A stretch of DNA of 62,891 nt, counting the filler, from Folioceros fuciformis (lineage: Eukaryota): NCBI GenBank assembly GCA_049999805.1. It is 10 parts of 10 records of this genome, joined end to end, with 100 filler letters (N's around TTAATTAATTAA, not from the genome) between each part and the next. Parts side by side here need not be neighbours in the genome. Positions count along the whole stretch, not along the records: positions 1 to 13,568 come from JBNGIO010000883.1; positions 13,669 to 20,732 come from JBNGIO010000887.1; 8 more parts are not named here. One strand, 5' to 3'. This document shows positions 1-13,933 of the stretch, one piece after another (position 1 is the stretch's first letter; each line of letters starts with the position of its first letter). The notes below the pieces were generated by a model. It had not been told where the DNA came from. It searched no databases and saw nothing but the letters and a program-made list of their open reading frames with translations. Position numbers and translations under genes: made by a program.

Positions 1-2251
1 CCCGTAAGGGTGGCCTCGGGCTCTCGCCCTACCCGCTAAGCGTGAGCTGATCGGATATGTAGATCGGATATGTAGTTTTGGTCGCGTCGTCTCCTCTTTT
101 CCCTTCTCGTCGTCTCGTCTTGTGGTCGACGCAGGCGCGTGGAGTGGTGGTGGCCGACGCGAGCCGTGGAGTACCCGGGGGGCAGCTCAATCGCAGCCCA
201 GAGAACCAAGGAAGGATATGCGAGCATGATCCACGGCCCCCGCATGGAAAGGGCAGCCTAAGGCGTGGTTCAATCAAGAGAGAGAGAGGGGGGCGTACAG
301 GCCTGCCGCCTTGGCACCTCGGTGCTTCCGCCTCACTCTACCGGCTTCCTCCTCCTGCCGAAAACCCTGAGGCATGGGGTCAGCACCCCAGATCGGGTGC
401 TCTCGCATATACTCTGATCGTGCTACCTCGTCTTCCCCAACTCCGCCCGAGCCGCCCCACACCAAGCCGCTGCCTTCTAACGCTGGCCGGGGGCCGTCCC
501 GTCTTCTCTCTCTCCCACCGGCGGCGCCGCGCTCCACTCCGTTCCTGTTGCACTTGGCCCGCCGCGGACCTTGCTCTCCTTTGCCTTTCTGTCAGGCCAC
601 AGCGCCCTGTCACAGCTCCTGCCTGCCACCACGCACAATCTTCGTCTTCGGCTCCTTCTCCGTCTTCTGTTCCTCGACCATCATTGTCTCTGCCGCTGTC
701 AGAGCATGAACGGATGTGTATTTTCGTACAGATAGGGTATGTGCCTCGGATCTTGCACGGGGGCTGCAGCAGCACATCACCGGCGCCAGCCTCCTCCTTC
801 CCCTTAAAACATTCTCAGCTCAACTCAGCATCACCAACTGTGGCAAGGTCCACGACGAAGAAACAAACCATCCTGGCGCAGGAGGAACCTGCGGTTTGTC
901 ACGTCACCTTCGTGCGGGTGTTGGCAGCGAGAATCCCCGACCTTCCGCCACGCCTGCCGTTCATCACTTCCTTCTGCTGCGCAAATTGACGGGCCGCTGC
1001 ACATGCGCGGAGAGGCATGTCGCATGTTACAGCGCAGCATTGCAGTTGACACTCGAATCACTTATGTGCACAGCGGCCATGGATTTACTGTCAGCTTCAA
1101 TTCAAGCTCCGCATTTGGCAAGGACGACACGAGCAAGAGGGTGAGGGTTTGGTTTTGGATTTCAAGAGAGAGACTCGGTTTCAAACGCTCCTCGAGTCCT
1201 CCCTCCAACTCCAAGCGCACGCAAAGCATCCAACCTTCGACAAGCGAGTGCAAGCTTCCAACTTGCTGTCGCCTCTGCTCATCGCAATGTCCCCATGCAC
1301 ATCTGCGTCTCGTCTCGTCTCGTCTCGTCATGCCGCAACTCTTTCTGTCACGTCCTTGCAGTTGGATGATGGTTGGTAGGTAGGGCACACGTACATATCC
1401 TATCATGTTCAAACCTTGCTATCAAAGTACATACCTGTGCAAATACGGTGTCCTTCCTTCTCAAAAACCAAAACGTTCACAGCTTGTTAGCACATAGCTC
1501 CGAACTGGAGCGTCTTCCTGTTCTTCGTCTTCTTCCTTCAGAATCACATGTACGATGTCCACACTGGCCCCTGACTTGACGTCCTAACTCGGACTCCTTC
1601 CATCGCCTCATCGATTCAACGAAGGCCGATTGTACCTGTACCCTGTCAATGTACACGATACGCAAGGAGTACATGTGCGGTACATACATATCATGATCTA
1701 GGGCTACGAGTTTAGGGTTTACTGTGCGTGCTCCTGTAGGCTTTACGCGTAGACCGTTGAGAAAACGACAGTTAAAAGACACTGCTGGGCCGGGGAGTGG
1801 CTCTTTGACCCTCGAAGGCCGAGTTGCATTATGAAGACGTTTGTGTTCCTACACATCACGTAAAGAAGCAGGAGATGGCGTGTAGGAAAAGCGGGTGCTT
1901 TTCCCCAGTGAAGACCTGGCCCTGGCCGGGCCCTGTTTGCAGATCGCCCTGAGGAACTTCTCTGGCTAGGCGTGTGGGAGACACGGTATGGAATCAGGTG
2001 TCACAGGTCCCAAGATTCGAGGCTTCCAGCGGCGCCGCTGTCTTTATTGCCTTTCGACCAATATTTCCAGTCCCAACATCACGATGGACATCACGTCATT
2101 GATGAGGATTCCAGCACACTACGAGGACGAGCTACGTCATGAAAGATGGGAAAATGGTGGAATCTGAATTGGCATGCGGGGCAGTCTGATCGGATATGGC
2201 CGACGCGACGACGCTGTGTACTGCTGTGGGTACAGGTGATAAGGGAACCGG

Positions 2252-4513
2252 TCAGTGGGGGCTAGCAACCGTCTTTCCTTTGCCGAATTCTTTGGGGACG
2301 TCTACACGCACGCTCCAGCCGTATCCTACGAGGGAATTCACCAAAGCTACGGTGTCATCCTGTAGGTTGAGAAGGGAGGCCTGCAGGGCATGGCAAATGC
2401 CAAGAACGGTGAGAACAGCGAGACAAGACCGTTGCTGTCCAACTCCCATCACGGGGCATCGTTGGGTTCAGAGCCCCTCACCTTCTTCACACGTTTCTTC
2501 TGCGCTAGTTCTTGGGGCCATACCCTGACCAGCATCGACAGATACTTGCTTCTCTTCTCCTCGTCCTGCAAATGGCGCCAAAGTCAGCGAGTGGCCGCAC
2601 TGGACCAACGGTGTGTGGAGTGTTGGACGGAGGAGAGTGGGTTGGAACTTACAGGACACTGACCCTCGAGGGCCCTGACAGCACTGTCCGGATGTCTCCT
2701 CAAAAGGTGGGCCTGCGGTGCCACAATGTCATCATGCACATACCACCTAGGCGCAGACCAGGCATCCTTTAAACGATGCAGGGGCTTACCTTCACAAGAG
2801 CAAAGGCACTAGCAGTCGTCCCGAGAATTCCATGCTTTGCCCTCCATTTGTCAACCTCAAAAACATTCTTCGACTGCCCTGCACACAGACAAGATAACAA
2901 GCGCAGTATGATAAAGCACAACTACCAAGCCCTGCAATTTTCATCAAAAAAAAAGGCGCGGGGCTAAAACCTCGCATGCCACCCAAGACATGTGCAGCAG
3001 GTTACGCAGGGAGAGATACCACACCGGAATTGGCAGCTGAAGAGATGCAGATGTCGTAGACAGATTCACGAAACACTATTCCATTCTCGTGGAATTCCTT
3101 TGCAACTTTGAATAGCAAATCACTTTCACCAGCGTCATTCAGGAACCTACAGACGCGAAATAAGAAAATGAATTACAACAAACCTTGGCAGGAGAGAAAA
3201 CCGGCCTGCTATGTAAACAGGCTACCACCGTAAGAAAGGTGCACCCACCGCAGGACCATGTCAGCTGTAGCTGTAGTTGGGAACACATCGTTTGCAACCA
3301 TGGTGCGAATGACTTCAAGCATGAAATCCACATCCTTGCGCTCCTTGGCGTCAGCCTACGTTACGTAAAAAAGCCACGTCCATGACATGCTTCGCGCCGT
3401 GTAACAGAAACTCACCAAGACTTTTGCAGATCAAGAAAGCAAGTTGTACCAGAAGCAGATGAGCTATTCTTAAGCTCGGAGTGAAACCTGCTAAATTGTG
3501 CTTCCACAATGCCTTGAGAGCTGCCACACAGTTGAAAAACAATGCTTTATCAGGGCCTGGAGTCTCGTGGGACCATTCTAGCAGACAGTACAAGCGAAAC
3601 AGCCCCATAGCAACAGAAGAGTTCATGATGAAAGCAACAATCCTCATGAAGAATCAACGGACCCTGGACCAGAATGGCATGAGAGACATTACACCAGTGG
3701 GGCTGCCAAGTATAACAGCCAAACGTATTCACCAGGCTTGCTACAGCGGAACCGCTCTACTGTACCATCCGGTGCACACAAATCTCTCACAGACCCTCCC
3801 TCCACATCTTTTACTCTCACCTGCCTTTGGGACCTGCGCCCGAAGACATGCCTGTACAAAGAGCTCAGCCACATGATCTCTGTAATTGGACCTCTGATTG
3901 TTTTGGACCGCTTTCTGCCCATCCGCAAATTCAAACATAAGGCTTTCAGCTCCTTCATTCCAGGCCAAACTCTTAGCCTCTCAAGTCTGACTGCTGCCAT
4001 ACCAAGGTCCGCAGCCGAGTAAGCACTCCCAGTGCAAGCTCGACGTGAGAAGCCGTTGAACATTTTTCAAGATACGAATGCAGCTGGGACGTCTCCGGGG
4101 TCCTCAGCCTGTCCATGGCCGCCACAATCTCTGCACGAAGTCCAGAGGCCTCTGAACCACCTCCATGATGTGACCACAGTCAGAGCCCAAACAAATTGTC
4201 AAAAACCAGAATCGAAAACTTTAGAAACCAGCTTGGTGCCAACCATCATCTCCAACCGATGCTCCGGTACTGAAAGCATTGGACAAACCGTGCCCTGCAA
4301 TGAAAAACGCTCAATGCTGATGACTTCCGTCCTCAAAAACACGGCGGATGCAATAATATGGATCTGCAGACGCATTACCCCACCTGGAGGACGCCAGAGT
4401 TTTGATTCCGTCCCTGGCTGCAAAGCGGCAGACTGGCAGCCAGCCCTTTGCAACCTGATACTTTGACCCAGCCAAGAGAAGCGTTTACAAGCTGCACATC
4501 TGGTACCCCACAT
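2252..4513 (-). CDS. Multi-exon gene, homolog of Arabidopsis At3g21465 (annotated adenylyl-cyclase-like; PPR-like helical, probably mitochondrial)
   Basis: GT-AG exons assembled by hand: LRAEIVAAMDRLRTPETSQLHSYLEKC..LTRLRTL / KAVQNNQRSNYRDHVAELFVQACLRA / LKALWKHNLAGFTPSLRIAHLLL / QSKNVFEVDKWRAKHGILGTTASAFALVK / DEEKRSKYLSMLVR / ASLLNLQDDTVALVNSLVGYGWSVRVDVPKE..PH*. These match the recalled family motifs KKALWKHNxxGLTPS and AMVNALVxxGLxVxVDL. The R-rich N-terminus from ATG 4513 resembles a transit peptide. Confidence 0.75.
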
Positions 4514-5252
4514 CTTAATTCACTGGCAGCAGCAACAGCATAGTGGTAGATGTCTCAGGCCCCTGGCTTGCGATCGCTTGTTTAGGGCTTGGGTTTAACC
4601 CCGGTTTGAAGGAGAGTGTTTGAGACGAAATTCAGCGCCAAGCCAAGGTTTTTTGAATTTTTGTGTATGCATTCTCGAAAAACAGATGGGCTGTCCTCAA
4701 CATTGCCTAATATGTACGGCTTGTATGGAATACCACATACCTCAGAGTCGTAGTCACGGTGTACTGTACATTCAGGCTCAGATTTGTACTGTGGTAGAAG
4801 ATAATGTTATCTGACGATGTAGTCGTCCACCTCATTTCGGTACGGTCACGTGACATGTTCGTTAGGGTTCTCCGTGAGCTGATATCGTTATGACGTTGTG
4901 CGGCATGATTAAGTTAGGGTTTTCTATGTGTTTGAAGTTTTTGTTGGTGGCTTGAGATTAGGGTTTTGCTGCAAGAGAAGACATTCAAGGCCAAAGTTTA
5001 TATTTGTACTAGGTTCTCCATTTTTGTTGAGCGGCTGGAGCCTGTGGGCTAGTGCTGATGTTAACTAGACTAAGGAGAGTGGAGAGCATGCAAGTCAATC
5101 TGTACAAGGTGGCCAAAGCGAAAGTGGAAAGTAGTGCAATAAGCATGGTTGCAGAAAATGTTCAAGCTGGTGACAACAGGCATATCTAGGTTCTTCATAA
5201 TTGCACAAGAGAGGTAGGCACTAGATATTTGGGGTGCTATAGGTAATGCAAG

Positions 5253-5366
5253 GGCTAGGATACTAAGATGTAGTTATAGGGCTTCATCCCATGAGGAAAT
5301 TGAGTACTTAGGCTAGGATGCTAAGATGTAGCTGTAGGGCTTCATCCATGAGGAGATTGAGTACTC
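5253..5366. repeat. Two-copy tandem duplication, about 58-bp unit
   Basis: ggctaggat(a/g)ctaagatgtag(t/c)t(a/g)tagggcttcatcc(c)atgagga(a/g)attgagtact occurs twice in tandem. Confidence 0.7.
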
Positions 5367-6414
5367 GCGCAAGGATGTAGTTGAAGGGTGCAGTTGAATC
5401 GACTCCAGCTACATTGCGCACTACAAAATGCAATTCACTTCTAATAACAAGCTTCACGAGAGTACACTTACCTCATCTTGTTGCATGCAGTAGAACTCTA
5501 CATGCACCTTTGTGTGCGTACACTTGCCAGGACAGAGACACCAAACACTAGAACATTTGCAATTGTGTCTACTGCTTATGGTTGCACTTGTTGGTGAAGA
5601 GATGCCAAACTCTGCAACATTTGCAGTTGTGTCTATGGTTTATTCTCTACTACCCTTATTTTGGCCACACACGCATGGATCTCCATGTGCTCTACTCCAA
5701 TTGCCCAGTGACCTCAATAGCTTCCAGATCAAACATCATTGAACATAACAGAAATTGACTAGTCATGTGCTCTCCTATGAAACTTGAGGCACAAAGACAG
5801 CCGAATGTAAGAGAAATTGACATGAACATAAACTCTTGCCAAACCAGGTTCGGCAGTACATAAGGTAGAATTGTTGTCATGACAAAACTCTAATTCCAAG
5901 CCATAAGGAAAAAAAAACTTTTATCATGTAAAAAACCTTAACTTAAATATACCATATATATCATACTCCACATGTGACTTGACTATAATATGAAGTATGT
6001 GAGATGTGACTATTTCAATATTCCATAGCTTGGGAATGTAATCAATTATAAAATTCAAGTGTTGTTATAAGATACAATTAAGATATAATTATCAAATTTA
6101 TGTAGTAATGAATGGTTTTGTTGTTTTTTTTTTAAATCCTAAACAAGGTTCTCCGAATGTTGGGGTCGGGGTGGATGGGTTTTCCAGGTCTTTTCCAAAA
6201 CGAAGAGTCCGGCCTACCTGTATGTATATCAGCAGTACGAGGGAGGAGTGTTCGATAGTAGTGAAATCGTAGATTTCAGCCCGTATGACCTCGCTGCTAG
6301 TGTTGCATAGACCTCTAGAACTGTAGGGAGCACCTGCAATCTGCGGCGCGGACATTCCTGGGGTTTAAGCCCAAGCCCTAATTGCCAGCTGCCTCGAATG
6401 CTCTGGTTTCTGCC

Positions 6415-9006
<2,592 letters not shown>

Positions 9007-9591
9007 CAAGGCTTATGGACGCATCCCACCCGACACTCCATTACGTCTTCTGATGAACTCTGTTTTGCATAACCTCGGGATCCTGAATGATACGCCTGAC
9101 GACACACTCCTTCATTACTCGGTACTTGATGATGTCCGAATTATGTCGACGTGTACTGAGTAATCATGCCGCTGACATGAGGCTGGTGAGCAGGCGTCTA
9201 GCAAACACCTGAAACTTAACCTAGCTAAACCACTATCCGGGCACAGTCTCCACGGGCGCAAGCCCGTTGGGCCCGTGGAGACTGTACCAAGAGCACTGGT
9301 TTCCAGTGTGAACTCCACGATGTTCTTCCTTGCACGCGGTGTTGAACACCCCCCCCTTCCCGGCACCTGTGCGCATGACGCCGAAGTAGGCGTGACGAGG
9401 TCGAAGTGGGTAGGCCAGTTGATTGCGTCGTAGACGGCGCCTTTCTCGTCCGCGACCCGGGCCCGAGCACCCGGGTCCTCTATACTCCTCCACCTTGCCG
9501 GCAAAGCGCTTCAACGCGTGGGTATCTGGCGCTGCGTTTGTTCTTCATTCCCGCCTCCAGCAGTTGGCGTCGAACCCGCTCGCTCGCGGTC

Positions 9592-10186
9592 ATGGCGCGC
9601 ACGATTTGCGTTTTGCTCGCACTGGCCTTCGCCGTTGCAGCGCTCCTGTCTACCAGCGATGCCCGGCCGTTATCGCTCTCAAGCGGTGCGTTGCGTTTTG
9701 TGCTATGGTGTCTAGAGTCTGAAGCTCGTCCTGTGATGACTGCAGTCTTGCGTCTGCGGTCACTTGTCGCGAGATTTGATGCGTGTTTGACTGGCTCTGG
9801 AGCGGTAATTGCTGATCCGTCTGCGACGTTTGCTACCTGACTCTGGTCATGCTACACGGCGGCATGCGCAGTGCCAGGGGATGGAATTAGCGAGCATCTG
9901 GCCATGAGTCGAAGAGCGCTTGGCCACGATGAGGAGGAGGTACTTGAAAGATATGAAACTGCCGCTTGTTGCGTTGTTCTGTGTGTGTAGAGACTGTTTT
10001 CACGGCTCCTGAATCCTTCCATGTCCGGCATCTCTGCTTCAGCAACGAAGGGAGTTGATATACCATCTCGACTATGTGGACCCCAATCCTAACAATAATC
10101 CGACGGTGAGTGCTCCGGTGACCGTCGTTCTCCCCTCGCCTCCGCCGCCGGCTGTGTTCAGACGGTATCCTCAGAACGATCCGTGA
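9592..10186 (+). CDS. Small secreted peptide precursor, PSY (sulfated-tyrosine peptide)-like, 3 exons, about 101 aa
   Basis: Exons 9592-9685, 9872-9939 and 10043-10186 have phase-compatible GT-AG introns. Signal peptide MARTICVLLALAFAVAALLSTSDARPL, then RRE..LDYVDPNPNNNPT..PSPPPP (DY-x-D-P-x-x-N motif). Confidence 0.72.
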
Positions 10187-10519
10187 TGCGTGGCTTCTGG
10201 CGACATCGGCTGCGGCATGAAAGGTTGGATTCTGGAGTGTAGCCGTCAAGCCCAGCATTTCGCTTGCTGGAGCTTCATGCCAACTTGCGCAGTCCGTAGC
10301 TCCGCGTTTGATACTGTGCAGCGATCAATTTTGAGAGTTGGGATGTACATTAATGTTGTAAAATTCTTCTGGCCAAGTTGGCAATGCATCTGATTTACAG
10401 GACACTACGCTACTATGGGAAACGACCAGAAGCACGTGTCTGACAGTGGGACAATGAGCCGTAAATAGAAGTTTTATAATAAGTAGGCGAAGCCAACGAA
10501 TCCAAGTGTTTCAACAGTG

Positions 10520-12878
10520 TCAACTTGCCAAATTCTTGCTCCTCTGTCGTCCAAATTGGATCACCATGGGTCTCTCCTTGAGCTTGTAGCCATTGACCAA
10601 TTCCAGAGCATCTTTCGAAGTTTGCAGATCTGGTGCATGACCTCTAGGTTAGATGAAATATCTGACCCACACACCAATGGCACAAATACATCTTTCCCGT
10701 GGTCAGCGCATATATGCTACAGCCCGGTCCCCACGCCCGAAAGAAAAGGACAAGAAAAACCTAAAAACCATAGAGGGATATTTTGGGCAACACATCAAGT
10801 CACAAGCGTTCACATTTGTCAGAAGACTGAATTGCTCAAGAACGGGCTTTTTTACCTGGAAATGTTATAAAAGCTTGTCCTTTCATTCGGCCTTTTTGCA
10901 TGAGCCGAAATGTGAGGTGCTGTCCCGGCTTTTGATATCGAATGAACAGCGCCACAAGATCCTGCTCACAGACCTGAGGAGAAAGATTCTTGATGTACAA
11001 AGTCTGAAGGAGAAATACAAGTGAGAAGAGCTGCCATCTAGGTTGCACAATCGTCCGTCGCTTGGACGCTAGCAGACAATTCATTCAGATTTTAATGCAC
11101 AAAGCTGGTGATGAAACGAGGTACAGTGTCTCTCACATCAGAAGGTTGCCCAGGAGCATAATTGCTGAACTTGCCATCATCCAGCTGCTTGATTTCAGCT
11201 TCTTGTAAACGGTTTTGCAGTATGCAACTCAAAGGCACTTCCACCACTTGCATGTTGGCTGTCGCTTCATGTTTAGAAGACGGCCCTGACTTCTCTGGGA
11301 TTTTCAAATCACTGCTCCCATTGCCGTCCTTGTCCTCTCCCCGATTACATGACGTTTCACCAGTGCTCGCTTCTGTTGAGACAGCCTCCTCTTTCATCTG
11401 TTGCAAATACGAGTGCAAGTCCAGAACAGGGGGAGCTGGACTTTGGAACACCTGAGTTGCTGGTCGGTACAGCTTCTCCTTAGCAGCATGCCTAGCCCGC
11501 TCCTGATTGGTGTTGTCAAGACCAAGTTTAGTTTAAAATCTTGCAGCAATGTCAAACATGACGTGGCAAGAGTGGCTTGATTACTAGAAATGGCCAAGCA
11601 ACCTGAGGAGTAAGATTGTGGTGTAAGTCATCATCTTCAGCGTGGCTCAGAAGGGGTCTCCGTGGATGGATATCTGGACATTTGGCGCAAGAACAGGATA
11701 AGGCGAAAGATAACGGATTAGGGCAGCCCTTCAGCAAGGTGCCCTTCTCACCCTTCTCAACTTCTCACCCTTAGCGGACAAGTGTGCTATCTGTCGAACC
11801 ACGTCCTTGTCAAGTTGCACTGAGGACTCGATCTCCCTTTCATGTCTGGAATAGAGCTCATCCAATTCTGCCTGATGACAGTCATCTGCCTTGTTGCGCA
11901 CCCTGCAAGCAATCTCGTTCTCAACTGGTTGCACGGTCTTTGCAACATCAGGATGTGGTCCATATCTCTTGCGTTTTAGTCCCTGAAAGACGAACATACA
12001 TAGACCGTATGGGATACCCACCCAGAACAAAAGATACTAGGTACCAAAGCCTTGCAGCTCCGAAAATGACGAGGAAAGACAATCCAAAGCACAAACCTTT
12101 TTGTGGTCAGAGACGGAAGTCCTTATTTTTTGAAAGTGATCCCTGTCAGACCCCAGGAAGTGATCGTTTATCAGCCAATGAAGTACAGCAATTGCCTGAA
12201 AGGTGCAACATCCCCACACAAGAATGAAAAGGATATTCAGCCGAACAAATCATCCACACCTCTATCGACGAAGCCAGCAGACGACAAAACTTAAACATAA
12301 ACTTTCACCCTTACTTGATTTGAGCATCAGACAAGCCTTGAGCATGCAGGGCATGGGCCTCCGAGTTCTGCTGCTTTCTGTTTATCTCACTCTCACAAAA
12401 CTGAGCATGACTAGCAATGCCCGACGAGGAGTGACCAACGCAAAGCAAATTCTCCGTGGCTTGTTTGAAATCGACCCTCTCAAGTCTGCTGCCAGCACAG
12501 TTACGACTTAGGTGTGATTAAAACATTCACTTTTCAGACACGCAACATGCCTACAATTTCTCGACTCTAAGCTCTAGCTACAACAGGACACTGACACTAG
12601 GGTTTTGCCAGTCAACATTTCAACTACCAACCAAAATACCACCCTCCACCGAAACACCAGGTACCATTTCATTTCAAGCCGTCCTTACAGGCCCACTGAT
12701 CAACCAACACCTCTTATCCAAAACTCACAAACTCAGACGAACCAGAAACAATTCAACAAAGACAGAAACCGCACCTCCCAGAAGTGGACAGCTGCTTGTG
12801 CAGCAGATGTTGCAGCGTCAACTCCGCTTGCGAGACAACATTTTCCAAGGGCCCCTCATCATCAACCGACCAACCCAT
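10520..12878 (-). CDS. RBM41: RBM41-like RNA-binding protein (paralog of U11/U12-65K), about 8 exons, single C-terminal RRM
   Basis: N-terminal MGWSVDDEGPLENVVSQAELTLQHLLHKQLSTS resembles RBM41 ETEGERQLKSLLQHQLDTS. Also HAQGLSDAQI, SRHEREIESS and NRLQEAEIKQL..FSNYAPGQP. RRM: LYIKNLSPQVCEQDLVALF..GRMKGQAFITFP..ALELVNGYKLKERPMVIQFG. Confidence 0.82.
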
Positions 12879-13075
12879 CCTTCCGATCCCGTTACAGCAA
12901 CCCGGCGGGAACCCTGGTCAGTTCAATCCACGGCTGCGCACTGCTGCCCTCCGGGCGATTTCTCCCTCATATCCACTTCTTCAGAGACCCGTCCCAACGC
13001 AAGAAACACATCAGTGAAGGGCCTCTCAAATACTGCATCCTGTACACATATAGTGGCCAATTGTGGTGCAGAAAA
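12879..13075. promoter_or_regulatory. Putative bidirectional promoter between RBM41 and IFT70
   Basis: Only about 197 bp separates the divergent putative start codons. Confidence 0.5.
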
Positions 13076-13502
13076 ATGACGTGGGGTCAGGTGACGGCCC
13101 TCATCTATGGTTCCATCCGTGACTCCAAGTACGCACAAGCCGTGAAGTAAGATTCCGTCTCATCACCCCCGGAAGGGACGTCACAGACTGGTCCGTTCTC
13201 TTCTCAACTGCTGATGAATCCCGGGCCAACAGGATTTTGCACGAGCAGCTCGATCTGTATCCTGAAAGCCAGGCTGCCTTGTCTCTTCTCGGATACTGTC
13301 ACTACTGCCTGGGTGACTACCATGCAGCTGCGGCCATGTACGCCGTAATCGATTTATTTACCTCTCATACATCTACAGGAATGATGGACCCAGGAATAAT
13401 TCTGTTGCGTTGTTTTTTTTCCTTTTCAGGTACGAGCAGCTCACAAAACTCCATCCTAATGACGATAATTACCGAACTTATCAAGCACAAGCTCTTTACA
13501 AG
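13076..13502 (+). CDS. IFT70: IFT70/TTC30 (intraflagellar transport, TPR protein), 5' part only, truncated by contig end
   Basis: Three exons (13076-13146, 13233-13338, 13430-13502): VTALIYGSIRDSKYAQAVK-ILHEQLDLYPESQAALSLLGYCHYCLGDY..M-YEQLTKLHPNDDNYRTYQAQALYK. This matches the TTC30 motif SLLGYCYY..YEQL..YRLYQAQALYK. A further upstream exon is possible. Confidence 0.88.
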
Positions 13503-13568
13503 GTCTCTTTCCTCTCCATATAAGAATAATCTAACATCATATAATAACTTGATAAAAATTTAAGAAAA

Positions 13569-13668
13569 NNNNNNNNNNNNNNNNNNNNNNNNNNNNNNNN
13601 NNNNNNNNNNNNTTAATTAATTAANNNNNNNNNNNNNNNNNNNNNNNNNNNNNNNNNNNNNNNNNNNN
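13569..13668. other. Artificial 100-bp contig linker (N + TTAATTAATTAA + N). The same linker is at 20733-20832, 29536-29635, 31268-31367, 36593-36692, 41817-41916, 44424-44523, 55724-55823 and 59048-59147
   Basis: Identical length each time, with a six-frame-stop core. Confidence 0.97.
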
Positions 13669-13933
13669 GTGTGGACAGGTGGGGCAGGAATTCGGGTGCT
13701 GGGTCGAAGGACTCGGGGTGCTCGGGAATTGTGCGATGGGATCCGGATTCGCGGGCTTTTGATTGTGCGGGCCATGACGGTGCGGGCGCAGTGGAAACTG
13801 AGGGCTGGAATTTGAGGTCGGAAGCAAATGCTGCATATCTGACACAAGTACGTGGAGGTGTCGTGGGTTGTGAGTTGGAGGTGAATGCGGAAGACGGAAG
13901 TGTACTGATATCGTGGGCTGGTTTGTTTTGCAG

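Noticed and set aside
78-2200. 303-aa and other ORFs at the window start
   Set aside because: Low-complexity, GC-rich frames with no recognisable domain or consistent exon chain.
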